Assembly (NCBI GenBank): GCA_965223325.1
Contig: CBDCWI010000002.1
Location: 3,840,001 to 3,904,000 of the forward strand
Reading direction: 5' to 3'
Source of the DNA: Candidatus Multivoradales bacterium
Lineage (GTDB): Bacteria; Acidobacteriota; Thermoanaerobaculia; Multivoradales; Multivoraceae
Length of the DNA: 64,000 nucleotides
The notes beneath the pieces were generated by a model, which searched no databases, had not been told where the DNA came from, and saw only the letters and a program-made list of their open reading frames with translations. The position numbers and the translations under genes were made by a program. How positions within the stretch are numbered: position 1 is the stretch's first letter; the number at the start of each line of letters is the position of its first letter. Positions 8,232 to 17,341 of the stretch are shown here, in pieces.

Positions 8232-9299
8232 ATGACCTATCGAGCCAAAGGTTCAGAGCGTCTCTTCTTGTTCGTCCCGGTCGCACTAGCAGGGGTCCTG
8301 CTCGCCTGCGGCAACACGGTTACCGCTCAGGATTCGAGTGAACAGTCGTCCGATGAGGTCGTGCTCAAAGTGCAGGGCAAAGACTTCACCCTGGCGGATG
8401 TCGAGGCCAAGGCCTCCGACACCCTCGATCAGGTAGCCGCCGCTCGTCAGGCATGCGAGATGGAGGCCGACAAGAACCGCCACACGGTCCTGGCGAACAC
8501 TGCCGAGCAGATGGTGCGCGAACTTCTGATCGAAGAGCAGGCTGAGAAGGCAGGTGAAGACCCGAAGGTCTGGCTGGCCGCCGAGAAGGCCCGCCAGATG
8601 GCCGCCGTGTCAGACGAACATGTCGATAGCTGGTACACCGCCAACCAGGCGCGCCTCCGCGGTCGTGCCAAGGAAGAGATTGCCGAGCAGATCAGGGACC
8701 TCCTGGCGACGGAGAACCTACACTCGTCTTTGCGCGAAGCCGCCAGCGTTGACGTCAACCTCGATCCCTACCGCCTCGAAGTCGCCGCGGTCGATGCGCC
8801 GTCGAAGGGCGCTGCCGATCCCAAGATCACGCTGATCGAGTTCTCCGACTTTGAATGCCCCTTCTGCGGTCGCGTCAACCCGTCGCTGGCACAGGTGATG
8901 GAAACCTATGGCGATAGCGTTCAGGTCGTCTTCCGTCAGTTTCCACTCGAGTCGATTCACCCGAACGCCCGTAAGGCCGCAGAAGCAGCCCTCTGCGCGG
9001 AAGAGCAGGGCAAGTTCTGGGAGATGCACGATCTGCTCTTTGCCGAGCAGAAGGAGCTCGGTGTCGATCAGCTCAAAGACAAGGCAGTGCGGCTCGAGCT
9101 CGACACTGAGGCCTTCAACGCCTGCCTCGACAGCGGCCGCAAGACCGAGATCGTCGACCGCGACCTGCAGGCCGGTTCGGCTGTCGGGGTGACCGGAACG
9201 CCGGCGATGTTCATCAACGGGCGTCCCCTGGTGGGTGCGGTGTCGTTCGAAGACCTCGCCAAGGTCATCGACGACGAGCTCGAGCGGGTCGCGCCCTAG
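8232..9299 (+). CDS. DsbA/thioredoxin-fold lipoprotein with helical N-terminal domain
   Basis: SD CAGGAG before ATG 8232; lipobox LLAC; EFSDFECPFC active site; GVTGTP cis-Pro motif. Confidence 0.88.
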   Translation: MTYRAKGSERLFLFVPVALAGVLLACGNTVTAQDSSEQSSDEVVLKVQGKDFTLADVEAKASDTLDQVAAARQACEMEADKNRHTVLANTAEQMVRELLIEEQAEKAGEDPKVWLAAEKARQMAAVSDEHVDSWYTANQARLRGRAKEEIAEQIRDLLATENLHSSLREAASVDVNLDPYRLEVAAVDAPSKGAADPKITLIEFSDFECPFCGRVNPSLAQVMETYGDSVQVVFRQFPLESIHPNARKAAEAALCAEEQGKFWEMHDLLFAEQKELGVDQLKDKAVRLELDTEAFNACLDSGRKTEIVDRDLQAGSAVGVTGTPAMFINGRPLVGAVSFEDLAKVIDDELERVAP

Positions 9300-9345
9300 C
9301 AGGCGGCTTCGCACCCCGAGCAGCTCCGTGCTGTAGGTTCGACCC

Positions 9346-10839
9346 ATGAGTGACGGGTCCTCCGAGCCAGCAAGGTTCAACAGTCGGCCCGATCGAGGAG
9401 ACATCCCGGACGATGAGTTCCGGGAGGCCCTCGATCGTGTCGCTGAGATCGCTGCGTCTTACCTTGCCTCCGTCGAGCGGTTCGACGTTCTTCCGGCGAT
9501 CTCGCCAGGAGATGTCGCAGCGCAGATCCCGTCGGCTCCACCGGAAACGGGCGAGCCCTTGGAACGCTTGATCGACGACTACAAGGCCTTCATCGAACCC
9601 AACGTCACTCACTGGAACCACCCGGGGTTCATGGCCTACTTCGGGATCACCGGTTCGCGACCGGGTCTGCTTGGTGAGACGTTGGCGGCCTCCTTGAACG
9701 TCAACGCGATGTTGTGGCGTTCGTCACCGGCTGCAACCGAGCTCGAAGAGCGGGCAACGGATTGGCTGCGCCAGCTGGTGGGTCTGCCCGAGGGGTTCGT
9801 GGGCCACATCAACGACACGGCCTCGATTTCGACCATGTTGGCGCTTGCGGCGGCGCGCGAAGGCCTCGGTTTCGATGTTCGCGAGAAGGGGCTCGCCGGG
9901 CGCTCCGATGTGCCGCCTCTCGTGACCTACACCAGTGAGGAGGCGCACTCCTCGGTCGACAAGGCTGCCATGACGCTCGGACTGGGTCATGCCAACGTTC
10001 GCCGCATCGGTACCGACGAGGGTTTCGCACTTGATCCCGATGCCCTGCTAGCGGCGATCGAGGCCGACCTCGCCGCCGGCAGGAAGCCGTTGGCGCTCGT
10101 GGCGACCGTCGGCACGACATCGACGACGAGCGTTGACCCGGTCGCGGCTCTTGTGCCGATCTGTCGGCAATTCGGGATGTGGCTGCACGTCGACGCGGCC
10201 TATGCCGGCTCAGCTGCGGTTTGTCCCGAGCTACGCCGTCATTTCGACGGTTGGCAGGAGGCCGACTCGGTGGTGATCAACCCCCACAAGTGGTTGTTTA
10301 CCCAGGTCGATTGCTCGGTGCTGTTTCTCCAGGACCCGACGCTTCTCAAAGCCGCCTTTTCGCTCGTGCCGGCCTATCTCGAAGACGATGATGGGGCAAC
10401 CAACCTGATGGACTACGGCCCGCAGCTCGGTCGTCGCTTCCGGTCGCTGAAGCTGTGGTTCGTCATGCGGGCCTTCGGCGCGGAGGGCTTGCGCTCGAGA
10501 ATCCGTGGCCACTGCGAGTTGGCCCGCGAGCTCGGGTCGTGGGTCGAGAGCGATCCTCGTTTCGAGATGCTTGCGCCCGCACCTTTCAGTACGGTGTGTT
10601 TCCGGGCAGTCGCTCGAGGGTGCACCCCGGAGGAACTCGATGTGTTCAACCGTGCCCTTCAGAACGCGGTCCACGAAAGCGGTGCGGCGTTCATCTCCCA
10701 AACCCAGGTTGAAGGTCGGTTTGCCTTGCGCTGCGCGATCGGCAATATCAAGACCGAGCGCCGACACGTCGAGCGCCTGTGGAAGTTCCTGGGCGAGAGC
10801 TACGACCAGCTGGCGGCGAGCAACCCGGTCGAGAGGTAA
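9346..10839 (+). CDS. PLP-dependent aromatic L-amino acid decarboxylase (group II)
   Basis: HWNHPGFMAYF, SSPAATELE, AHSSVDK, HVDAAYAG, NPHKW (PLP lysine), PAYL loop, GRRFRSLKLW. Confidence 0.9.
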   Translation: MSDGSSEPARFNSRPDRGDIPDDEFREALDRVAEIAASYLASVERFDVLPAISPGDVAAQIPSAPPETGEPLERLIDDYKAFIEPNVTHWNHPGFMAYFGITGSRPGLLGETLAASLNVNAMLWRSSPAATELEERATDWLRQLVGLPEGFVGHINDTASISTMLALAAAREGLGFDVREKGLAGRSDVPPLVTYTSEEAHSSVDKAAMTLGLGHANVRRIGTDEGFALDPDALLAAIEADLAAGRKPLALVATVGTTSTTSVDPVAALVPICRQFGMWLHVDAAYAGSAAVCPELRRHFDGWQEADSVVINPHKWLFTQVDCSVLFLQDPTLLKAAFSLVPAYLEDDDGATNLMDYGPQLGRRFRSLKLWFVMRAFGAEGLRSRIRGHCELARELGSWVESDPRFEMLAPAPFSTVCFRAVARGCTPEELDVFNRALQNAVHESGAAFISQTQVEGRFALRCAIGNIKTERRHVERLWKFLGESYDQLAASNPVER

Positions 10840-10845
10840 CGCTTC

Positions 10846-11550
10846 GTGAGTGGAAAGTTCAAGGACTATTCTTTCGAACGCCTCGATGCAGCAGAGATGG
10901 AGTCGCGGGCCCAGCTCTTTTTCGAGGAAATGGATGCACGTCGTAGTGTGCGCGACTTCTCGTCCGATCCCGTGCCGCGTGAGCTGATCGAAACCGCCAT
11001 TCGGGCAGCATCCACGGCTCCGTCGGGCGCTCACCGCCAGCCCTGGCGTTTTGTCGCGGTCTCTGATCCCGAGATCAAGCGCCGCATTCGTGAGGCGGCG
11101 GAGCACGAGGAGTACATTTCCTACGAAGGTGGGCGGATGCCCGAGGAGTGGCTCGAGGCGTTGGCTCCTCTCGGAACCGACTGGCGAAAGCCCTTCCTCG
11201 AGACTTGCCCGTGGATCGTGGTGGTCTTCGCCGAGCTCTGGGGCTACGGCGAGAGCGGAGCACGCCGCAAGAACTACTACGTCAAGGAAAGCGTTGGGCT
11301 GGCGTGTGGACTCTTCATCGCGGCGCTTCATCGCATGGGCCTGGCCACCCTCACCCATACCCCGAGTCCGATGGCGTTCCTGTCCGAGATTCTTGGCCGC
11401 CCAAGAAACGAGAAGCCGTTCATTCTTTTCCCGATCGGCTATCCCGCGGACGACTGCCAGGTGCCGGACATTACCCGCAAGGATCTTTCGGAGGTGGCCA
11501 TCTGGGACCCACAGGTGACCGTGCCGTCGCCGTCTGACGATGACGGTTAG
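10846..11550 (+). CDS. Iodotyrosine deiodinase-like FMN nitroreductase-family protein
   Basis: RRSVRDFS, TAPSGAHRQPW, lid EEYISY...TDWRKPFL, YVKESVG, LTHTPSPM, all characteristic of the IYD subgroup. Confidence 0.85.
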   Translation: MSGKFKDYSFERLDAAEMESRAQLFFEEMDARRSVRDFSSDPVPRELIETAIRAASTAPSGAHRQPWRFVAVSDPEIKRRIREAAEHEEYISYEGGRMPEEWLEALAPLGTDWRKPFLETCPWIVVVFAELWGYGESGARRKNYYVKESVGLACGLFIAALHRMGLATLTHTPSPMAFLSEILGRPRNEKPFILFPIGYPADDCQVPDITRKDLSEVAIWDPQVTVPSPSDDDG

Positions 11551-11586
11551 CGGCGCGGCGACCTGGCGCTCCAAGAGCCCAGATCG

Positions 11587-13110
11587 ATGACGTGCGGAGA
11601 ACGTACAGGAGCGTCGTCAAGGGCTCTGTTGGCCGCCCTGGCGCTCCTGGTCGCTTTCGCGCTTCTTCGTTTCGTTGGGCTCGAGGCAGACTTTCCGGTT
11701 GGACTGACGCATTCGTTCGGTCCGCTCACCGATGAGGGCTACTACGCCGCACCCGCGGTGCGTTCGGCCGCCGGTCAGCCCGCCCATCAACCGGGTGGAT
11801 TCAACTCGCAGATCCTGACGCCAGTCTCGCCGTTCTTGCAGTCGCTGATGTTCGAGAGCGTCGGTGTTTCGCTCGGCACGGCGCGACTACCCAGCGTGGT
11901 TCTTTCGTTGGCTCTGTTCGCACTCCTGGTGACGGTCGTCTGGCGTCGAGTAGGTCCCTGGCCGGCAGTTGTTCTGGGAGCAGTTCTCACCTCTCACTGG
12001 CAGACTTTCGTCTACAGCCGCGTGGCGCTGCTCGATCTGCCGGTGCTCTTCTTTTCCGTCTTGGCAATGGTGCTGATGAACCGAGCCCTCGAGCGCTCGG
12101 GCGGAGGCACCGAGAGGGATGCGATCCTGGCCGGTTTCGTGCTTGCTGTAGCGGCACTTTGCAAGCTCACCGCGGTGACCGTCGTCCCGGCGCTCCTCTT
12201 CGTTGGCTGGCGCGGTGGGAAGAGTCGACTTCGGGTGCTTTCCCTGGTCGGTGGCACGTGTGCGGCGGTGCTGTCCGCCTGGTTCGCGGGCGTGGCGCTT
12301 CCCTATCGTGACGATGTGATGCTCTTTCTGTCGGTCAACGCGCGATCGACCTGGATCGGTTGGTTCGATGAGTTCCACTTGCTCGTGGGCTTCGCAAAGA
12401 GTCTCGCTGCAATCGATCCGCTCGCGGTGGTGGCCGTTGCCCTGGCGCTGCCCTGGGGTGTTCGCTACATCAGCGCCGGCCTACAGGGCCAACGTGTGGG
12501 CGGCGGTCTGTACGGGGGCTTCTGGGTGTTCTGGGCGTCCTACCTGCTCTTCCTCGTCTACTCCGACTACCGCCCGGTGCGGTACCTGACCCCGTGGCTT
12601 CTTCTTTCGGTGGTGCTGGCGACCTGGACGGCCACGCTTGCCCTCCGTAGTACGCGTTCCGAAGCGTTGGCGGGCAGGATCCTGGTGGGCGTTCTCTGCC
12701 TCCAGGTGGTGCTTGGCGTCGCCCGTCAGGGACGCGAACTCTCACGGCTCGAGTATGGTTTTCGGGATGCTGCTCGGGAGATCACGCTCATCGCCGGCGA
12801 CGACGCGGTCCTTTACGGTCGCGCTGTTCAACAAGTGCTGCTCGCGGTCGGTGGCCCTGCCGGGGCGACCGCGGTCACCGAGGACTTCGGAACCTGGTCG
12901 GTCGAACGCCGCATAGAGAGCTACCGGCCGACTCACTACATGCAGTTCGGGCCAGCCACGTCGGCGAGTCGCGATGCCTTGCGTCCGCTCGGTGAGCTGG
13001 TCCTGCTGCAGCGCTTCCCGTTTCTTGCGAAGTATGGATACGACGGCGTCGATGCCGTTTATCTCTATCGCGTCGAGGCGCCGCTACCGCTTGCTGCCTC
13101 AGGCCGATAG
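11587..13110 (+). CDS. ArnT/PMT-like (GT-C fold) membrane glycosyltransferase
   Basis: DEGYY after the first TM helix, ARLPS, SRVALLD, LCKLT; about 11 hydrophobic segments. Confidence 0.7.
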   Translation: MTCGERTGASSRALLAALALLVAFALLRFVGLEADFPVGLTHSFGPLTDEGYYAAPAVRSAAGQPAHQPGGFNSQILTPVSPFLQSLMFESVGVSLGTARLPSVVLSLALFALLVTVVWRRVGPWPAVVLGAVLTSHWQTFVYSRVALLDLPVLFFSVLAMVLMNRALERSGGGTERDAILAGFVLAVAALCKLTAVTVVPALLFVGWRGGKSRLRVLSLVGGTCAAVLSAWFAGVALPYRDDVMLFLSVNARSTWIGWFDEFHLLVGFAKSLAAIDPLAVVAVALALPWGVRYISAGLQGQRVGGGLYGGFWVFWASYLLFLVYSDYRPVRYLTPWLLLSVVLATWTATLALRSTRSEALAGRILVGVLCLQVVLGVARQGRELSRLEYGFRDAAREITLIAGDDAVLYGRAVQQVLLAVGGPAGATAVTEDFGTWSVERRIESYRPTHYMQFGPATSASRDALRPLGELVLLQRFPFLAKYGYDGVDAVYLYRVEAPLPLAASGR

Positions 13111-13122
13111 CATCCCGGCGCC

Positions 13123-14181
13123 ATGCAGATTCATGCCCTCATTCTCGCCGGCGGCAGCGGCACCCGTTTCTGGCCGTCCTCTCGCCGTTCCCGTCCCAAG
13201 CAACTCCTCCCGCTCGGCGGCGACGACAGTCTTCTCCATCGCACCGTGAAACGAATCTCCGCCTCGGTCCCCGCCACCAACGTCTGGGTGTGCACCACCG
13301 AAGCTCTTGCCGACGATGTCGCCGTCGACCTGCCGATGGTGCCCAGGGAGCAGATTCTCGCTGAGCCCGAGGGGCGCAACACGGCGGCCGCGATTGGGTG
13401 GGCGGTGGCGATGATGCCCGAGGAGGTCCGGAGAGGTGTGATCGCGATGCTGCCGGCGGATCATCATGTCGAGGACCCGCCGGCGTTCTGTGCTGCGCTC
13501 GAGAGTGCGGCGGAGATTGCCGCTGCCGGGAAACAGGTTCTGACCCTCGGGGTACGACCGACGCGAGTGGAAACCGGCTATGGCTACCTGGAGCTCGAGC
13601 GTCTGCCCACGGGTGGTCTCGACGCGGTGACGGTTGCTCGCTTCACCGAGAAGCCAGATCTAGCGACGGCGGAGGAGTTCGTCAGCGGTGGTCGGCACCT
13701 GTGGAACGCCGGTATTTTCGTCTTCAGCGGCAGTTTGATGCTCGACCTGCTGACGCGCCTCCAGCCTGAGCTCGCGCGTGGCATCGAGAGCGTCACGGCG
13801 GCTGTCGATACCAAAGAAGCCAGTTCCCTCTATGCAGAGCTCGAGTCGATCTCGATCGACTACGCCGTCATGGAACGTCTGGACGATCTGCTCACGATTC
13901 CACTCGATTGTGGCTGGACGGATCTCGGTTCCTGGGAGGCAATCGCCGAGCTCCTCGCTGGCGACGCGGGCGACAATCGAGAGCGCGGCGACGTGATCGC
14001 GATCGACGCGACCGACAACCTGCTGTGGGCAGACGAGGGCACGGTAGCGGTGGTCGGTATCGAAGGGCTCGTCGTCGTGCGCACCGGTGACTCCGTCCTC
14101 GTGATTCCCCGTGAGCGGGCGCAGGATGTCCGCTTGATTGTCGAACGCTTGCGCGCCGATGATCGCTCCGATCTTCTCTGA
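13123..14181 (+). CDS. manC: Mannose-1-phosphate guanylyltransferase
   Basis: ILAGGSGTRFWP, PKQLL, EPEGRNTA, PADH, FTEKP, WNAGIF, SIDYAVME, WTDLGSW. Confidence 0.92.
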   Translation: MQIHALILAGGSGTRFWPSSRRSRPKQLLPLGGDDSLLHRTVKRISASVPATNVWVCTTEALADDVAVDLPMVPREQILAEPEGRNTAAAIGWAVAMMPEEVRRGVIAMLPADHHVEDPPAFCAALESAAEIAAAGKQVLTLGVRPTRVETGYGYLELERLPTGGLDAVTVARFTEKPDLATAEEFVSGGRHLWNAGIFVFSGSLMLDLLTRLQPELARGIESVTAAVDTKEASSLYAELESISIDYAVMERLDDLLTIPLDCGWTDLGSWEAIAELLAGDAGDNRERGDVIAIDATDNLLWADEGTVAVVGIEGLVVVRTGDSVLVIPRERAQDVRLIVERLRADDRSDLL

Positions 14182-14196
14182 GTCGCCGGCCGCTCG

Positions 14197-14964
14197 ATGT
14201 CTGTTCAACGAGGAAACCGACAGCCAGCCTTGATCGCTGGAGGCACGATCGGTCCCGGGGAGGAGCACGTCGTCGAGCGCTACGACTTGCCACTCGATCT
14301 CGACGCGCTGGTCGAAGAACCGGAACCTGGTTCAGCGCCTCGACCCTGGGAAGTCGAGATCGGCTTCGGCAAGGGCCGGCACCTCGTCTCGCGCGCAGCG
14401 TCTGACCCCGAACGCAACTTTCTCGGTATCGAGATCACCAGTCGCTACTTTCGGATGTGCGCCGAGCGTGGGCGGAAGCGAGGTCTCTTGAACCTGCTCG
14501 CCATTCGAGGGGAGGCGCGCTATCTCCTGGCGACCTGCCTGCCGCGCGGTTTTGCCGAGGTGGTGCACGTCTACTTCCCCGACCCGTGGCCGAAGGCCAA
14601 GCATCACAAGCGACGTCTCTTCGACCCTGAGTCCGTCGATCTGCTACTCGATCTCCTGACCCCCAGTGGTTGCCTGGAGTTCGCTACGGATCACCTCGAG
14701 TATGGCGGCCTGGTCGAGGAGATTCTCCGTGCCCACCCCGGCCTGCGCCTGGAGACCCTGGAGAGTTGGCCAGGCGGCCCGCGGACCAACTACGAGGCCA
14801 AATACGTGCGCGAGGGGCGCCCGATCCGTCGGTTGATCGCCCACCTCGAGGGCGGCGAGCAGCTGGGACCGGGGTCGCGCGTGCACCCGCTCGGGGAGCA
14901 GGCGCTCTACGTAGCGGCCCTGGGCGACAAGGCAGCGGCGAGCTCGGAGGAGACCTCGGCCTGA
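14197..14964 (+). CDS. trmB: tRNA (guanine-N7)-methyltransferase
   Basis: EIGFGKG, FLGIE, FPDPWPKAKHHKRRL, ATD, TNYEAK. Confidence 0.92.
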   Translation: MSVQRGNRQPALIAGGTIGPGEEHVVERYDLPLDLDALVEEPEPGSAPRPWEVEIGFGKGRHLVSRAASDPERNFLGIEITSRYFRMCAERGRKRGLLNLLAIRGEARYLLATCLPRGFAEVVHVYFPDPWPKAKHHKRRLFDPESVDLLLDLLTPSGCLEFATDHLEYGGLVEEILRAHPGLRLETLESWPGGPRTNYEAKYVREGRPIRRLIAHLEGGEQLGPGSRVHPLGEQALYVAALGDKAAASSEETSA

Positions 14965-16121
14965 ATTTCGGGCTTCGAGTAGACGCGGTAGCAATCGATC
15001 CTCGACAGAGCGCCGATGAAGTGACTCGCTTCTTCTAACGGCTCGAGGCTGCCGTTCCAGTTTCTGACCAGAACGCGACTTCGCGACAGGCGGTGGGGGT
15101 CCTTGGCGGCGTTCGAGATCAAGAGGTCGGAGCCGTGTTGGTGCCGCAGAGGCTCGAGGGCACGCTCGAAGGCGGTCTTCGATGCGGCGTCGAGATGCTC
15201 GTTGGTTTCCCACGCCAGCACGTAGCGTTGGCGATCGACCAGGGCCCGGGCGTGCGGGCTCTTGGAGGGCCGAAGTCGAGACATCACCCAGACATCGTCC
15301 TGTTCGAGAAAGATGGCCGGATCGTTCGACCAGAGGATGCCTTCCTCGCGCAGCCACTCATTGAGGTGCAGTTCGAGCACCTTGCCGGTGACGTTGAAGT
15401 AGACCTGCGTGAACATGTAGTAGCGAGCCAGGAGGAGCGCTTCGATGGCATGTACGCCGCCCGCCTCGACGCCAATCCCGATGCTGCCGGTCTCGGGGTC
15501 CTCCAGCGGTACGACGGTTTGCAGGACGCGCTCGAGGTCGAAGGTTCCATAGTGAACGCCGCAGAAGAGGCTGTCGCGTAAGAGATAGTCCATCTTGTCG
15601 ACGTCGAGCTCTCCTGAGATGACTCGATGGAGAAGCGCATCGGTGGGGCTGAGGGGATCTGCACCCTCCTGTGGTCCGCGCAAGAGGCGCAGGACACGTT
15701 CGAGGTCGATGCCGTGAGTACTGAGCAGTTCCGAGATCTCTGAGCTGGCGATCAGCCGACGGGTCATCTCCTCGTGATCGATGTCGCCCTCGAACAGGTC
15801 CTCGGCACTGTGAGAGAAGGGTGCATGGCCAATGTCGTGGAGGAGGCAGGCGGCGCGTAGAGCTCTTCGGTCTGGCGATCTGGGATCGGGGTCGAGATGG
15901 TCACCGCTCCTGGCCAGGGTGTCGTACATGCGGCCGGCCAGGTGCATGACGCCGAGAGCGTGGCTGAAGCGACTGTGCTCGGCGCCCGGAAAGACCAGGT
16001 TGGCCAACGCCAGCTGACGTACGCGGCGCAAGCGCTGCATCGGCCGACTCTCGACCAGGGCCGCTTCACAGGCGTCCGCGTGCACGAAGCCATGAACAGG
16101 GTCACGAACCGTGAAGCTCAC
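14907..16121 (-). CDS. HD-domain phosphohydrolase (SAMHD1/dNTP triphosphohydrolase-like)
   Basis: RDPVHG, QRLRRVRQL, HSRFSHALG, LLHDIGHAPFSH, DVDKMDYLLRD. Confidence 0.9.
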   Translation of the reverse strand: MSFTVRDPVHGFVHADACEAALVESRPMQRLRRVRQLALANLVFPGAEHSRFSHALGVMHLAGRMYDTLARSGDHLDPDPRSPDRRALRAACLLHDIGHAPFSHSAEDLFEGDIDHEEMTRRLIASSEISELLSTHGIDLERVLRLLRGPQEGADPLSPTDALLHRVISGELDVDKMDYLLRDSLFCGVHYGTFDLERVLQTVVPLEDPETGSIGIGVEAGGVHAIEALLLARYYMFTQVYFNVTGKVLELHLNEWLREEGILWSNDPAIFLEQDDVWVMSRLRPSKSPHARALVDRQRYVLAWETNEHLDAASKTAFERALEPLRHQHGSDLLISNAAKDPHRLSRSRVLVRNWNGSLEPLEEASHFIGALSRIDCYRVYSKPEIQAEVSSELAAALSPRAAT

Positions 16122-16122
16122 C

Positions 16123-16662
16123 TCAGTTCTCCTCGGGCTTCCCGGCCAGGGCCCGGTAGGGCCGCAGGAGGTCGAGAACCCGCTCGCCTTCGCGCAGGAG
16201 GGCCAGGAGGGTGGCGCCGCGTTGCGACAGCGGGCTCTGGAGCTGCTCGAGCTTTCGTTGGACCGGCAGGTCGAGTCCCGCTCCCAGCGTATTCACCAGC
16301 ACCTCGAGGTGGCCGCCCTCGGCAAGCAGAATCGCCTGCTCCGGAGTCAGCGGAAAGCCGGCCCTCACTTGCGCGCCAACCTGCGCACTCGTCCTTTTCA
16401 ACTTCCGGAAGAAGCGCCCCTCGGGCAGCGGTTCGATCTCGGTCAACCGGCCCGCCGTGCCGGTGGGAAACACCGACGGGCCTCCGTTTCGCGCGCCCTG
16501 CGCCGCAGGAACCACCATTCCCAGACGCCGATCCGGTTCGGGCAGCTGTTCCAGGTCTCTGATGAGTTGGCGATCGCGCGGCTCGGAGATATGCAGCCGC
16601 AGTTCCGTGGCGGGAAAATGCACCTCTCCGGCGAGAGGGAGAATGGGGATGTCGAAGACCAC
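16123..16662 (-). CDS. Lon peptidase N-terminal (substrate-binding) domain protein, possibly internally deleted
   Basis: IPILPL..VHFP...LRLHISEPR resembles the Lon-N start LPLFPL..VLFP..LHIFEPRY; GTAG..IEPLPEGR. Confidence 0.65.
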   Translation of the reverse strand: MVFDIPILPLAGEVHFPATELRLHISEPRDRQLIRDLEQLPEPDRRLGMVVPAAQGARNGGPSVFPTGTAGRLTEIEPLPEGRFFRKLKRTSAQVGAQVRAGFPLTPEQAILLAEGGHLEVLVNTLGAGLDLPVQRKLEQLQSPLSQRGATLLALLREGERVLDLLRPYRALAGKPEEN

Positions 16663-16894
16663 GCCGGGATGATAGCCAGTTGAGGCTGCTTGATGTCTCT
16701 GCGCGGCTCTGAAGGAGACTTGAAGCAGCTCCCGAGTGGAAAGAGTGACACCGACCTGCTGGCTCGTTCGAGGGTGTGGACCACACAGAGTTCAGAGGCA
16801 GTTCAGGTCATTTGCCTTTACAAATCTCCGTTGCCCCCGGTACTCATTGGAGCGCTCCACGTCCCCACCGCCGAAGAGAAGAAGGAGATACAGC

Positions 16895-17341
16895 ATGCAG
16901 CGATCCGACCTGGTCGGCAGCGTAGAGCGCCACGATCGAACCAACGAGACCAGTGACGGGATCCTCCTACACCGTCGGCTCGCCTGGCCGATCGTGGTGC
17001 TCGGGCTCATCACTCTCTCGCGGGTCCTGCCAGCCGGTGCTCAGCCTCCCGCTGTCGAGCCATCGCCCGAACTCGAGCGACTGCACTTCCAACTCGGCTC
17101 GTGGTCGGTCGAGACGCGCGCCTTCGACCCTGGTCGTGCCGAGGTCACGCTGAAGCATCGGGGGCCAGAGCTAGCCTTCGTTTCTGCAGAACCACAGGCC
17201 TGTCAGGCTGGAGTACCGAGGAACTGGCGCAAGATCTACTCCGATATCAGCGAAGACTCCTACCTGCCGCGGTGGCACGATTGCGAGCACGGTGAGCCCT
17301 GGGTGTTGATCTTCGAGTCGACCCTCGAGCGGTCGAAGTGA
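16895..17341 (+). CDS. Exported hypothetical protein, DUF1579-like, apparently shortened
   Basis: SD AAGGAG before ATG 16895; signal-like segment; SPELERLHFQLGSW parallels SPELDRLQFMVGEW of the next gene. Confidence 0.55.
   Translation: MQRSDLVGSVERHDRTNETSDGILLHRRLAWPIVVLGLITLSRVLPAGAQPPAVEPSPELERLHFQLGSWSVETRAFDPGRAEVTLKHRGPELAFVSAEPQACQAGVPRNWRKIYSDISEDSYLPRWHDCEHGEPWVLIFESTLERSK

Noticed and set aside
10231-11574. Long alternative-frame ORFs (e.g. 10231-11574, 5172-6254, 50249-51232, 58797-60146)
   Set aside because: They overlap well-supported genes, carry no motifs and are expected shadows of high-GC codon bias.
14907-16121. Anti-phage dNTPase defence system
   Set aside because: It is a common stand-alone HD family protein in a housekeeping context with no other defence genes nearby.
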